Shown one piece after another: positions 1 to 10,562 of a stretch of 20,000 nt of DNA (positions are counted from its first letter, which is position 1; every line of letters starts with the position of its first letter). Under the pieces are notes generated by a model, which was not told the DNA's origin, searched no databases, and saw nothing but the letters and a program-made list of their open reading frames with translations. The position numbers and the translations under genes were made by a program. The DNA comes from Enoplolaimus lenunculus (taxonomy: Eukaryota): assembly GCA_030248215.1 (NCBI GenBank), contig JASANG010002792.1, positions 607,673-627,672 of the forward strand, read 5' to 3'.

Positions 1-284
1 GCATTGCTGCGTAAAGCAGGTTGTAGATCAAAATTTTGTTACACACGTATGTACACGGAACGTATACTACGTAATATGCATTCAGTAACAGTACACAACC
101 ACATTGAGCTAACTACACATAATAATACGTATATATTCAGCAATAATACACAGGATCATAAAAAGTACAAAATACGGCTATCGTATTATTACAGCAGTTG
201 AAAACACTGCTCATAACGTGAGCCCCCAGCTAAATCAACTCCTTCTAAACAGCAGCGTGCAAAACAGAACTGGATTATACCTGA

Positions 285-670
285 ATCAGATTCGGAACAG
301 CAAATTTATACCGGAAACGGAATTAGAACTAGAAATTTTGTGACTATGCGGACAATTATTATTTATAACAAGTATAATATTGATTTAGTTAAAATTAAAC
401 GGAATCGGAATTCCGGTTGCACCATGCTTACCAAGGTGCAAAAACTAGGTTATATCGTAATCACAAGAGCAATTATAAATCGGAATCGAACCAGAAATTT
501 TTGAGTGTTTAAAATCTTACCGAAAACGTAAGAAAATTGGGACGGAGAGCAACGAAAAGCTGTAAACATGCAGAAACTACCAACCGCGATCGAAGTGCTC
601 AGCGAGATCGAGAACAAAAAGAAACACTTAGTTTAAAGCCGAAAAGCGGAATTGGAATTAGACTTCCGTT
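285..670. repeat. Dispersed degenerate CGGAAT(C/T)GGAA motifs, probable old MITE remnant
   Basis: Motif variants at ~311-335, 400-416, 481-500 and 648-668. Confidence 0.4.
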
Positions 671-1784
671 TGCGCCCTGTATTTACCTAAATAAACCCCC
701 GCCACCGAGCCCTGTCTTAAAAACAATGTAATAAACAGTCACATTGTGACTGTCACGTTTACTAGCTATGCAAGCTTGTTTAAGTACACAGAAGACAATC
801 AATAAAAACAATTATTTATAAGAATAAGGAAAATAATTAGCATAAATTTTAAATCATGATCTTGAAGATGTGTTTTTCACGAAAACCTAGGTCATTGGGA
901 GCCATGATTCTTAAATCCACGTAACGCCTATCGTTGTTAGCAATAGATTATAAAACAAAGGAACTATAAACGTCTAGTAGTCTGAAAATAGACGTAGATT
1001 TATCGCTTGCTGCTTATTTTAGAAATCATCAAAAGGTGGTATACGCTTTACACATTTTTTATAATAGGAGCCTATATTTTAAAATGAGGTCAAATATGTG
1101 TCGTACCTAATATTTTAAAATGAGGTCCAATGGCTGTAGTACCTATCGGCAGTTGGTGATATGCCTGGTCAGTTTGGACTCAGTGTATGGGCGAGCTTTG
1201 AAATTCTGCTACGTGCAATAGATTTTAAAATGAGATATACCAAATCCGTTTTTTGCCATACCCCGTTTGGTATACGCACAAACGTAATATACCAAAAGGG
1301 GTGTTTAACTGCTAACTTTGTTAATCAGAGATTAATACTACAGCAACGGTTTTGAAGCAGTTGCGATAGCTATTATTAGTTTTTTGCTACCCTTCCTCTT
1401 CGTTTCATGTTCGTCATACGTACAGTGCTTCTTAAATTCATGCTGTTCAGTTTTTTGCTCAAGTTGCAACGCCAGTGTTGTAATTTTTTGTTCCAGAGTT
1501 CGCCTGAATCTTGTGCTAACTTACGCGATTTGCATGCAAGTCGGACTGCGGCGCCCTTTTACAGTTACTTTCTATGTAAATATCGTTATGTTTCTGCTCA
1601 AACATAGCTATTGACCTGCTGAACTCCAGTTTCATCTTTGGTCATTACAGCGATAAAATCATCGGTTGTATAGCCGTTATAATCGTATAAGCATTATCCA
1701 AGGTTACGGTTTCGGCAACCTTACCTGTTTGAAAACTCGCTGTTGATAATTTTACGCTTATCCAATTTCGTTTTGCGAAGTTGT

Positions 1785-1935
1785 TATTACTATATGATTT
1801 TTATCCCATTTCAGCCAGCCACATAGCCTTGAGAGATATCTTTGGAGTCTCACAAGGGCGTCAACGTCTAAATACCAGGGAGACCAATAGACCATACATG
1901 TGACACATATTCCATTATTAAGCGTACATAAACCA
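1785..1935 (-). mobile_element. Decayed non-LTR retrotransposon (LINE, CR1/L2-like) reverse-transcriptase C-terminal fragment
   Basis: The minus strand reads YVRLIMEYVSHVWSIGLPG and, after a 1-nt frameshift, YLDVDALVRLQRYLSRLCG. This matches the LINE ORF2 motif Y..VRP.LEY...VW......D...LER.Q.R..R. Confidence 0.65.
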
Positions 1936-2252
1936 TATGGCTCATATTACTTTCAGGGGCGTCCCGTTTTTCCGCGAGACGGCGATAATGCCGTAGAGCA
2001 GCATTTGCTACTCCGGTTTGTGCATATGCGAAGATTATTAAACTTTGTTGTTGCAGCCTGTTGATAAAATCAATCTCAACAAAAAATATTGCTGTCCCGT
2101 TTTCCGTTTTTTCTGCGGAAATATATAGCTCTCTCTTTTTCTGTTTCCCAAAGAAAGCTTGTTGTTGCAAGGGCGACCACACGGGGGGTCATTGAGTGGC
2201 TGTCCTTTCGAATTTAGTTGGCCCCACTCCCAAATAGACTCAGGCCAGACCC

Positions 2253-2501
2253 GGCGAACATTTGCATCTGTCCCGTTTATTATTTGCCAGAAACAGACCT
2301 GCCCCGTTTTCCCAGTGAAAAATTGCAGCACTCCCGTTTTCCCATTTGCTCGAAACAGTCCTATTCCATTGTCTCGTTTTTCCAGCGAACATTTGCAGCT
2401 GTTCCGTTTTCCCATTTGCTCGAAACAAACCTGTCCCGTTTTTCCATTTGCTCGAAGCAAACCTTTCCCGTTTTCCCATTTGCCGGAAACAGGCCTGTCC
2501 C
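2253..2501. repeat. Degenerate ~32-bp minisatellite (about 8 units)
   Basis: Unit approximately CTGTCCCGTTTTCCCATTTGCTCGAAACAAAC. Isolated related motifs occur at ~1961 and ~2092. Confidence 0.85.
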
Positions 2502-3190
2502 ATGAATATAGGCCAATGAAATTTCTAGTTTTCTGAAGCAAACTTTATGCTTGTTATTTTTCGTACTAAACCAGGCGAGTCGGCCGTCATACATGAGTGG
2601 CTGCGCTGCACTCCTGGTCATAAGTTTTCCACCCTGGAAAACTGGAAGTCAAAATCTCATAAACTTTAAGGTGAATGTGCTATTTTTAAAAAAACTTCAG
2701 AATGGTTGCTATGCAAGAAATTTATTATCTTCTAAACCTTAGATATCTGTTTTTGTTATTTTAGTCACTATTCATTTCCGTTAAATTTTACTATCTGTTT
2801 ACTCTCTACGCCTGCACTACGCTAGTGCAACCTTTAACGACCCAACAAATACATAATTACCAAAGTCTAAATACAACAGTGAAGTGAATAAATGTCACAT
2901 ACGGTTAATGATAATATTTTTGACATCCAGTTACTCGAGGGCTTCCTAAATTTTTATAATCTACCAAACTTCTTTTTTGCTGGTGCAATAAACAGGAGTA
3001 AAAAGTTATCAATTTTCATATTTATATATGTATTGCACGTGTTACCAAAATGGTTATCGTTTTCCTAATTTTTGTGTTTATCACATCTTAGTTGCAGCTA
3101 GCGTTAAAAGAAAAGGTACGTATATACCATCTTATCGCAAGAATTTGAGATATGGTGGAAGGTGGTTTTGGGACTTTGGGATGTCGGGAT

Positions 3191-3310
3191 CAGAGATGCA
3201 AGAGGTAAAGATTTTTATCCGCGCTGCGCTTTAACCCGTGCAAATTTTATTTTTTAACCGCGGTATACCCGCGCAAACTTCCTTTGCCCACTACCTGCCT
3301 TTACCGCCCT
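3191..3310 (+). mobile_element. Fragment of an ACCCG-rich non-autonomous DNA element (hAT-like MITE), copy 1
   Basis: Collinear with 13065-13172: TAAAGATTTTT..GGTATACCCGCGCAAA..GCCTTT(T)ACC. Begins CAGAG, complementary to the CTCTG end of copy 2. Confidence 0.6.
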
Positions 3311-3592
3311 TATTTTTCTCCTGTGTTCAATACAGTTGTGTAATTTTAGTGAATAGATCTTAGTCACTTGATTAACGTTACAAACAACTCTTTATTGGTA
3401 ACTTTGAAAACAAACTTTAGAGTAAACGATGTAAACGTCGGATCATATTGCACATTATTCCTATCACCGGTAAAACTAGGTCGTTTGCAATGGGCGATCA
3501 TGATTAGTGGATCAAACGTTCTTGTCTGTGCGATACCATTGTAGTTAAGGCCAATGTAAAGAAACGGGACGGAACAGTATTATAAGCATATT

Positions 3593-3652
3593 GCTAAGCC
3601 TAAGTCCAAGAATACGCATATTCCTAAACCTAAGCCTAAACCTAAGCTAAGC
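3593..3652. repeat. Short interstitial telomere-like tract (GCCTAA/ACCTAA)
   Basis: gctaagcctaag...cctaaacctaagcctaaacctaagctaagc. Confidence 0.7.
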
Positions 3653-3823
3653 AAAAGATGAGTCTAAAGCAAGCTTACTCTTTTCTAGTCCCACAGAAAA
3701 AGTTCCGCCCACTGATTTTTACATGGACCGTAGTTAAGATCGTATTATCACATACTACTTTATTTTATGGTTTCATCGCAATTTGTATTGAAATTTGATT
3801 CAGAAAACTTGTGAACATATTCG

Positions 3824-3970
3824 AAGCCACAGAAAAACAACCTGTATAGAAACAGCGGAGAATGCCTCCAAATGTTATATGATAAGATGTATTGTTTCAA
3901 GCCAAGAAAAATATAACCTCTATAGGAACAGCGGAGAATGCTTCCAAATGTTACATGATAAGCTGTACTC
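3824..3970. repeat. 75-bp tandem duplication (2 copies)
   Basis: AAGCCA(C)AGAAAAA..AACCT.TATAG.AACAGCGGAGAATGC.TCCAAATGTTA.ATGATAAG.TGTA at 3824 and 3899. Confidence 0.85.
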
Positions 3971-4075
3971 TAAAAATTTCTGTTGAAATGTGTGTAATAA
4001 TTTAGCCAGAACTATAATCTTAAGAGCTAGCGGTATTTGTGAGGACACTAGCTACGGTGGCGTGCAGCTCTTGTA

Positions 4076-4344
4076 GGTGTATGGTCTAAGATGGATTTTT
4101 GGGATTTCGAGGTATGGTCAAATGGGATTTTGGAATTTCGGTTTATGGCCGAAGGTGAGTTTTGGTATTTCGGGTTATAGTCAAAGGTGGGATTTTGGGA
4201 TTTTGGGATTTCGGGATGTGGTCGAAGGTGGTGATTTTGGGATTTCGGGATATGGTCGAATGTGGGATTTTGAGATTTTGAGCGTTCGAAATACGGTCGA
4301 AGGTGGGACTTTGTTATTTTGTATTTCGACATGTGTCGAAGGTG
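4076..4344. repeat. G/T-rich 31-41-bp minisatellite (8 units)
   Basis: Unit approximately TATGGTCGAAGGTGGGATTTTGGGATTTCGGGA. A single copy occurs at ~3148-3190 and an inverted partial copy at 5049-5082. Confidence 0.85.
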
Positions 4345-4351
4345 TAATGCT

Positions 4352-5022
4352 CCTAAAGCCTACGCCTAAACCGAAACCTAAGCCTAAGACTAAGCCTAAG
4401 CCTAAACCTAAACCTAAACCCATACCTAAGGCTAAGCCTGAGTCTGAGCCTAAGGTTTAACCCATGAGTCATTTAAGATTTAATCTTTGTTTAAACCGAA
4501 GCCTATTAATAAACCTTTAAAGCCTAAGCCTAAGCCTAAGGTTAGTCCAAAGTCATTTAAGATCTAATCTAAACCAAACATATTTATAGAGCGTCTGCCT
4601 CAGCCTAAACCTAAGCCTATGCCATTTACGATCCAATTCTACTTAAACCAAAGCCTTCAGCTAAGCCTTAGCCTAAGGATTAGTCAAGGAGTCTTTTAAG
4701 ATTTAATCTTTGTTTTACCCTATTTCTAAAGCCTCAGCATATGCCTAAACCTAAAGATTTAGCCCAAGGGTCATTTAATATCTAATCTACCTTTAAACCA
4801 AAGCTTATTCCTGAAGCCTCTGCCTAAGCCTATGCCATGTATGGTGTAATCTGTGTTATAAAGCCTGCTTCTAAACCCTAAGCATAATCCTAAGCCCAAG
4901 TCTAAGCCTAAAACGACGCCTTGCTTAATCCTAAACCTAAGACGGACCCTTGCCGAATCCCTAGCCTAATCTTGAGATAAAGGATTGCCCAATCTTAAAC
5001 CTGATCCTAGGCCTAAGCCCAA
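4352..5022. repeat. Degenerate interstitial telomere-like repeat (TTAGGC/TTAGGT on the minus strand) with an embedded higher-order unit
   Basis: Runs of GCCTAA/ACCTAA (e.g. 4376-4418, 4523-4539), interspersed with a recurring GTCATTTAAGAT(T/C)TAATCT-like block. Confidence 0.85.
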
Positions 5023-5810
5023 CGAGTTGTTTGCAATAATTTCTATTCAAATCACTAAATCCCGAAATCCCAAAATCCCACCACAAACAAAAGCTATCAA
5101 ATTTTTAGCTGGGACGGTGGGATCGTGGGACGGCAGTAAAGTATAAATGGGCCGAAATAATGTAACGACTTCATTATAAGCTAATTACCTAGAATGAAAT
5201 GATGTTAAAACTAAAATTTTATGATAAAAATATTAAAAATAAATGTAACCCAGCCTGCTCACTAAAGAAGACTAAGCCAAGGTTTATCTATTTAGTTTAG
5301 TAAGCAGATGCGACTAAAAGAAAACAACTGCGCTTTATAAGTGAAATTTTGTTAGTGAGACGTGCAGCCATTTGCCGGAGAGATATATTCATGTACCGAT
5401 TCATGAGTAGCAGGGTGCAACTGAAGGAGAAAAATACCAAACCAAAGCAGGAGGTCAACAAAAGTTGCCGGATCCGGAAGTGACGCAAAAAAAGAGGACC
5501 GCCGCGTAAGAATGGGTTTTTTACCGGAACTAAAATATAAGCTCCATTGTTTTTTACCACGTTTCGTAGAACTATTTTTAAACCTCGATAACTATGCTAA
5601 AAAGTTGAAAAAATGCCAGACGACAAGATATTAACAATTTCAAAAATAAACAAAATTCTGAAGAAGCTACCCTGAAAACACAGTGCTTTTATAAGAGATG
5701 GCCTATAGGCCGTCTCAAAAATTACTAAAATCAGAACATTTACGCTGTTAAAAATAAACAAAATCTGCAAATCTTTATTTCTAACAAAAATTTTAGGATG
5801 AAACTTTCAG

Positions 5811-5882
5811 AAGTCCCGGCGCGAGTTGAACCTAGAGGGTCTAGGTGCCAGTCAAACTGCTAACCAACTACACTACAGACTT
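5811..5882 (-). pseudogene. Degenerate tRNA-like / SINE-head Pol III cassette (GGC at the anticodon position)
   Basis: Reverse complement AAGTCTGTAGTGTAGTTGGTTAGCAGTTTGACTGGCACCTAGACCCTCTAGGTTCAACTCGCGCCGGGACTT: 72 nt with A box TAGTGTAGTTGG, B-box-like GGTTCAACTC and pairing ends AAGTCT/GGACTT. Confidence 0.6.
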
Positions 5883-6317
5883 GTTTGCCTATTAAGTCAA
5901 TTTATTGGGGTTCCGATTCTACAATGAGTTTTGCTTGAGTATTTAATCGGGTAAACAAAGGTTTTGCTTTTAGTTCAGCTCTCTGGAATGGAAATTTTTT
6001 GTTGAGTTTTAGTCAAAAAATTTGGAGCATAAATCTTTGATCCAAAGAAAATATCTCCCCTTTTTTACCCAGCAACCCCCCGGAAAACGCTGTTCCTATT
6101 TTTGACTTTTATGTGGTAGCGGGTGTGGCTAATTTGTTTATCAGAATTCAATACATATGTCTATATATTATGCAGTTTAATAAAACAGGTAAACACCACT
6201 AACGGCATGCATACATATATTAGGTGCGCTGCACATATCTTTGATGCATTTCTGTTATTGTTGTTCCTCATTATACATTTAAATTTAACACTGAAAAAAC
6301 AGTCTACTGTTATACCT

Positions 6318-6367
6318 GGCACCGTAGCACAGTCGGTTAGCAGAGCTTCGATTCCAAATACGGACTT
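6318..6367 (+). pseudogene. Internally deleted tRNA-like / SINE-head cassette
   Basis: GGCACCGTAGCACAGTCGGTTAGCAGAGCTTCGATTCCAAATACGGACTT: A box TAGCACAGTCGG, B-box-like TTCGATTCC, no anticodon arm, T-run at 6371-6375. Shares GGTTAGCAG and GGACTT with the 5811-5882 element. Confidence 0.45.
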
Positions 6368-7433
6368 TGGTTTTTGAAATTGTTTTACAGTTCCGAAAGC
6401 ACAAGTAATTCACGATAGCAAAGCGCGGTGAAATTTCTTTTAGACATTGAATTTTTGTTTAAAACCACTCAATGATTGTATTGGAGCGGATGCCTACTTT
6501 TATTGACTGGTGAGCAACGTTTGGTGATAACGAACGGTTAATATTTCGATAGTTCCAAAATATTAGCTATTTGTACCATTTTAGAATTTGTCAACAAAAT
6601 TGTTGGCTCTTGCATTCTTGTTTCCATAGTTTTGAAATTTTTAGATTTTGGTATATCATAAGTAGTCTTAAGGTTAGGCTTACGTTAAAGCTTAAGTTTA
6701 TGCTTGTAAGAAAAATTGTGCGAGTAATCAAGCGCATTTATTCTGCAAACGTTCAAATTGGACCGACTGTGTCTTCAATTAAAATAAATGTGTTGAAAGT
6801 AACGGTGAACGTATGAGATTTGTGAATTGTTTCTGGTAAGTGTGCCGACAGAAGTGCCCCTCAAAATCCCCATCAAACTAATTTTGTTGCGGACTACGAT
6901 GTTATAGAGTTGTGAAACTTTTTATTGAAGTACTTCTCGGATCCGTTTATGGAGTCGGTTATCCTAACGCTCGTCTTGCCTTGCATTACATATATGGAAT
7001 TGTTAGGTTAAAAGGCCAGGAAATTTGATATCTTCTATCCATACTAATATATAGGCGAAAATTTACATCCTGCACACGTATTGGTTATGTTTTGGAAGAT
7101 TTACGTCAATCAACTAAGATATTTCATACAAGCATGTAATGGTACAGAATAGTATAAAAGCATAATATATAACGATGCATCTGTATGTTCTTTAAATTTA
7201 GGTGGGTTAATTCATACCGGTGAGCGCACCTCGTCTCCCTGACCCTTTCAGGGGCTGCTTGTTATAAGAAATATAACATATTAATAAAATAATATGTAGG
7301 TACGCTTTTACAAAACGTAAATTTGTACATTTGTTACATATGCAAAGTTTACTGTAGTGACCCGAATAAGTGGGGGTAATATGAGGGGGTTGTTAATTTC
7401 AGTCCCAGCCAATAGGAGTCCGCATTTGTAATG

Positions 7434-7866
7434 GAGTTTTCGGTTATCCAACCCCTAGCTGGCATTTGCCCAAATATGGTTGGATTTTAAATTTTTCCCC
7501 ATATTTGGGCTTCTCACGGCCTCCCTTGATAATTCCATGTCCAAATTTGAACTGTTATATATTGGATTTTTTCAGGTCTTAAAAGCTAAACAAAAGAAAT
7601 TGTCAAAAAGTTAGATAAATCACATAGCATTCGACGCAGCATGCAGAGTTGAGTGGGATTGTTTTAAATTTTTCATAATCAGATGTGTATGTATATAATT
7701 TATCTAAGTTTTGGCAAAAAAAAATTTGGGTAACCTTCAGAACCTTACAAAATCGAATCTTTCAAAAATTCAAATTTAGGCATGGAATGATCACGGGAGG
7801 CCGTGAGAAGCCCAAATATGCAAAAAGTATCAAAATCCGGCTGGGGGCGGATAACCAAAAATACCC
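7434..7866. mobile_element. Foldback MITE with long inverted arms (~430 bp), copy 1
   Basis: 7500-7551 CATATTTGGGCTTCTCACGGCCTCCCTTGATAATTCCATGTCCAAATTTGAA is the near-perfect reverse complement of 7769-7820. The outer TTTTCGGTTATCC / GGATAACCAAAA segments also pair. Confidence 0.85.
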
Positions 7867-8807
7867 TACGTAATAAGAGTCCGTAAACGGATAAAGTCTC
7901 TACTCGATTTCAAAATGGGGGGGGGGGCAAAAGTTCACAGGTAATAAACTTATTTTTTCGTCCACACACAAACCACGATCCCCGCTGCCGTTACACCTGT
8001 ACACGTGCCGCGTACATCCAAGAATTATTTTCGGCTTATCAAAGCAAACGTTCAGTCCAAGATATCAAAGTATTATTTTGACGTCAGCGTGCAATTGTAC
8101 TTTGTATACTTTCAGCGCTTTTGCCACTATAGAGTGTAGTTTTGTTTATGTAAGATGTTAACATCTTGCATTGGTTGTATATACTGCTATAAATTTACTT
8201 TTCGGTGTATTAATTTCCGTTTTTCTTCTGCCACGTGATATTAAGAACGTAATACGCTTTTGTTTTCCAAAATGATATATTTCAAATGGCAACCGGATGT
8301 TAAAAATATCGTTGCCGAATCCGCAAAATTTGAATTGATAAGAGCAGAGAAGGTAAGGGAAAATAAGGGAAAATAAAGGCAGTTAAGCATGACGTTACGT
8401 ATCTGTACTTTTCACATTATCTGTGAAGTTTAGTCAAAATTTTGTTCTTCACCGCTTTTTAACAAATTTTCGGTAATTAATTAAAAATACTCAAAATTTT
8501 CCAGAAGCAATGATATAAATAAATCATTGTTGCTTGAATTGTGAGAAAACATTGCTCGGATTGTATGGCGTTAAAGGCAATGTGTCTAATTAAAGTATTG
8601 CTGACTTGACAAACGTATTTTTAAGCAAATGTTCAACATTTTATAGCAATAGTTAAACTCAATTAATATATTAAATATATATACACTGCAACAAAAAATT
8701 AACTTTTAAATGTATCTTTTAATTGTCTGGATTAACCCATTTTAACGTAGAGTTGAACGTGACCAACACAGTACAATTTGCATCCGGTAAATATTTCATA
8801 GCGCGCA

Positions 8808-8973
8808 CGGACCCGTAGCCAAACGGGAACCCGGGGGGCTCAGCCTCCCCTGAAAGAATTTTGCCCCCCCCCCGCGCCTATGAAATTTTCAACCATACTT
8901 GTAAACCATCGAAAACCCTTCTATGCCCCTCCTGAAAAAGTTTCAGCCCCAAGGTAAGTTGGCTACAGGCCTG
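8808..8973. mobile_element. Small MITE with CAGGCCCGTAGCCA-type terminal inverted repeats, copy 1
   Basis: Left end CGGACCCGTAGCCAAAC, right end GTTGGCTACAGGCCTG, internal C-runs. No clear target-site duplication remains. Confidence 0.7.
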
Positions 8974-9716
8974 AGCCTATAAATTTAATAAATGCAACCC
9001 ATATACATAGTACTAAATCACCCCAACATGTGAGAACCCCTTAACATACACGTGGGATTTGAAGTTGTCTGCAAGTGGAAAATTTTCCGTCACGAGTTGA
9101 GCCACCAGGTCCTCATAAAATGTTGAAGATTAACATTTATAACATGATAATTATTTTCAAACATTTTCTAGAAAGGGTACGATTGACCGTTAGAGCAGTA
9201 AGAACCCTTTGTGTCGCCCCTTTGGTTTTACCATAAAATAGTTTCGATACACCGAGATAAGGTCATGCAAAATTCACGTGTCGATCTACAGCGAAGTAAC
9301 CTGAATTTTGGTCCATATTGTGTTTATTATATTATAAATATTGGAGCTATAATAAACCTAAAATTTCAATTACACAAAAACAAATTATTTTATTGACTTT
9401 TTAGAGTAAGACTGTATCTTATCCATCCGGCCGACGGACAGCTATGCCCTAGTAACCTTGTTTAGTTTATGGTTTTTGATATTTGTAAACTAAATCGTTT
9501 AGTTTGTTGACAAAAGTGTAAACAGGTTAGTATAGAGCGATTAATCTAAAAAAAATCTGCCCACCCTAATCTTGCAGTAATACTTAAAGCATCTATGGAA
9601 AACACGTTTGTTTAGATTTATTGGTATAAACTAAACGATTAAGAGTTTATGTGGCGTGAGATGCCTTTGCATTTTGTTTACACAAATTAGTATATACTAA
9701 GAGCCTGAACCCTCGC

Positions 9717-9998
9717 GGGTTTTCGCCCTTATACCCCAAAGATAATGTTTGCTCAGCGGATTTTAGTATTTTTTCATATTTGAGCTTCTGATGATCTCTC
9801 CTGATATACAATTTTACAACTTTGAGTTTGTGAAAAATTTCATTTTTCAACTCTGTGCGACCTTCGTTTAGTATAAATTCAAATTTGTTTGGGAAATGAT
9901 CGTGGGAGGTTATAGAAGGTCAAATATGCAAAAAAGTTTCAAAATCCGGCTATTAATAGGACAACAGCTGCTGCGGTAGAGGGATAAAAGTGAAAAGA
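9717..9998. mobile_element. Shorter, diverged relative of the 7434-7866 MITE
   Basis: 9877-9950 ATTCAAATTT..AATGATCGTGGGAGG..AAATATGCAAAAAGTTTCAAAATCCGGCT matches 7768-7842. The left arm GGATTTT..CATATTTGAGCTTCT lies at 9758-9789. Confidence 0.7.
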
Positions 9999-10041
9999 CT
10001 TTGAGTCTTTACCCTATTCATCCGTGTAGAAAAGAATGTAC

Positions 10042-10201
10042 CCGGCACGTGTTGCGTTTTTGCCCTGCCCTTCCTTTATTTAGAGGGGTGTACAACCGGT
10101 GCGAACAATGGCACTTTATATATGCCGCCAAACATGCTCCCCTTATAGGTTAATTTAGGGGTTTTTATGTGATAGCGTCCCCAAAAAAACGCAACGCCCG
10201 G
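10042..10201. mobile_element. Small MITE-like inverted-repeat element upstream of pmt-1
   Basis: CCGGCACGTGTTGCGTTTTTG ... CAAAAAAACGCAACGCCCGG terminal inverted repeat with an internal GGTTAATTTAGGGG. Confidence 0.55.
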
Positions 10202-10380
10202 TGGTAGATTTGGTACCATACGAGACCCCACGAGTTGCACACTCTTGTCATTATTCACTGTTTTTATATGCATGGGTGTTGGGCATTATTAATATAAGCT
10301 TGAACATTAAAATTACTAAAAAAAATATCATAATCACATTCGATTTACGGCAAAATACTAATCTAATGATTTTCGAAAAT

Positions 10381-10562
10381 ATGGCGTCCGAACAGCATGT
10401 TTACGAATTTTGGACGGAACAATCTAAATCGGCAACAGTTGAAACAATGATGCTTAATCCGAATGCAAAATCGATTGATGATGCCGACCGAATGGACGTT
10501 CTTGATGGCTTACCGCCTGCAATTGAAACGATGCGTGTGCTTGAATTAGGCGCTGGCATTGG
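10381..10562 (+). CDS. pmt-1: pmt-1 exon 1 (start codon to SAM-binding motif I)
   Basis: aaatATGG start context (an alternative in-frame ATG lies at 10366). Encodes FWTEQS..TVETMML..VLELGAGIG. Donor GG|gtaata at 10563. Confidence 0.93.

Noticed and set aside
1340..1503. Minus-strand coiled-coil-like frame (RTLEQKITTLALQLEQKTEQHEFKKH) after a ttcag
   Set aside because: No partner exons or recognisable homology, so it cannot be supported as a gene.
2038..2621. Overlapping 86-167 aa ORFs
   Set aside because: They are by-products of the 32-bp minisatellite and contain no recognisable domain.
4048..4460. ORFs with PKPKPK / GLGLGL repeats
   Set aside because: They are translations of the minisatellite and telomere-like hexamers.
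4352..5022. True chromosome end or telomere fusion site
   Set aside because: The repeats are degenerate, in a single orientation and flanked by ordinary sequence on both sides, with no head-to-head junction.
10201..10380. N-terminal extension of ORF 10201-10566
   Set aside because: It starts at a GTG at a MITE boundary and is low-complexity and AT-rich. PMT similarity begins only near the ATGs at 10366/10381.
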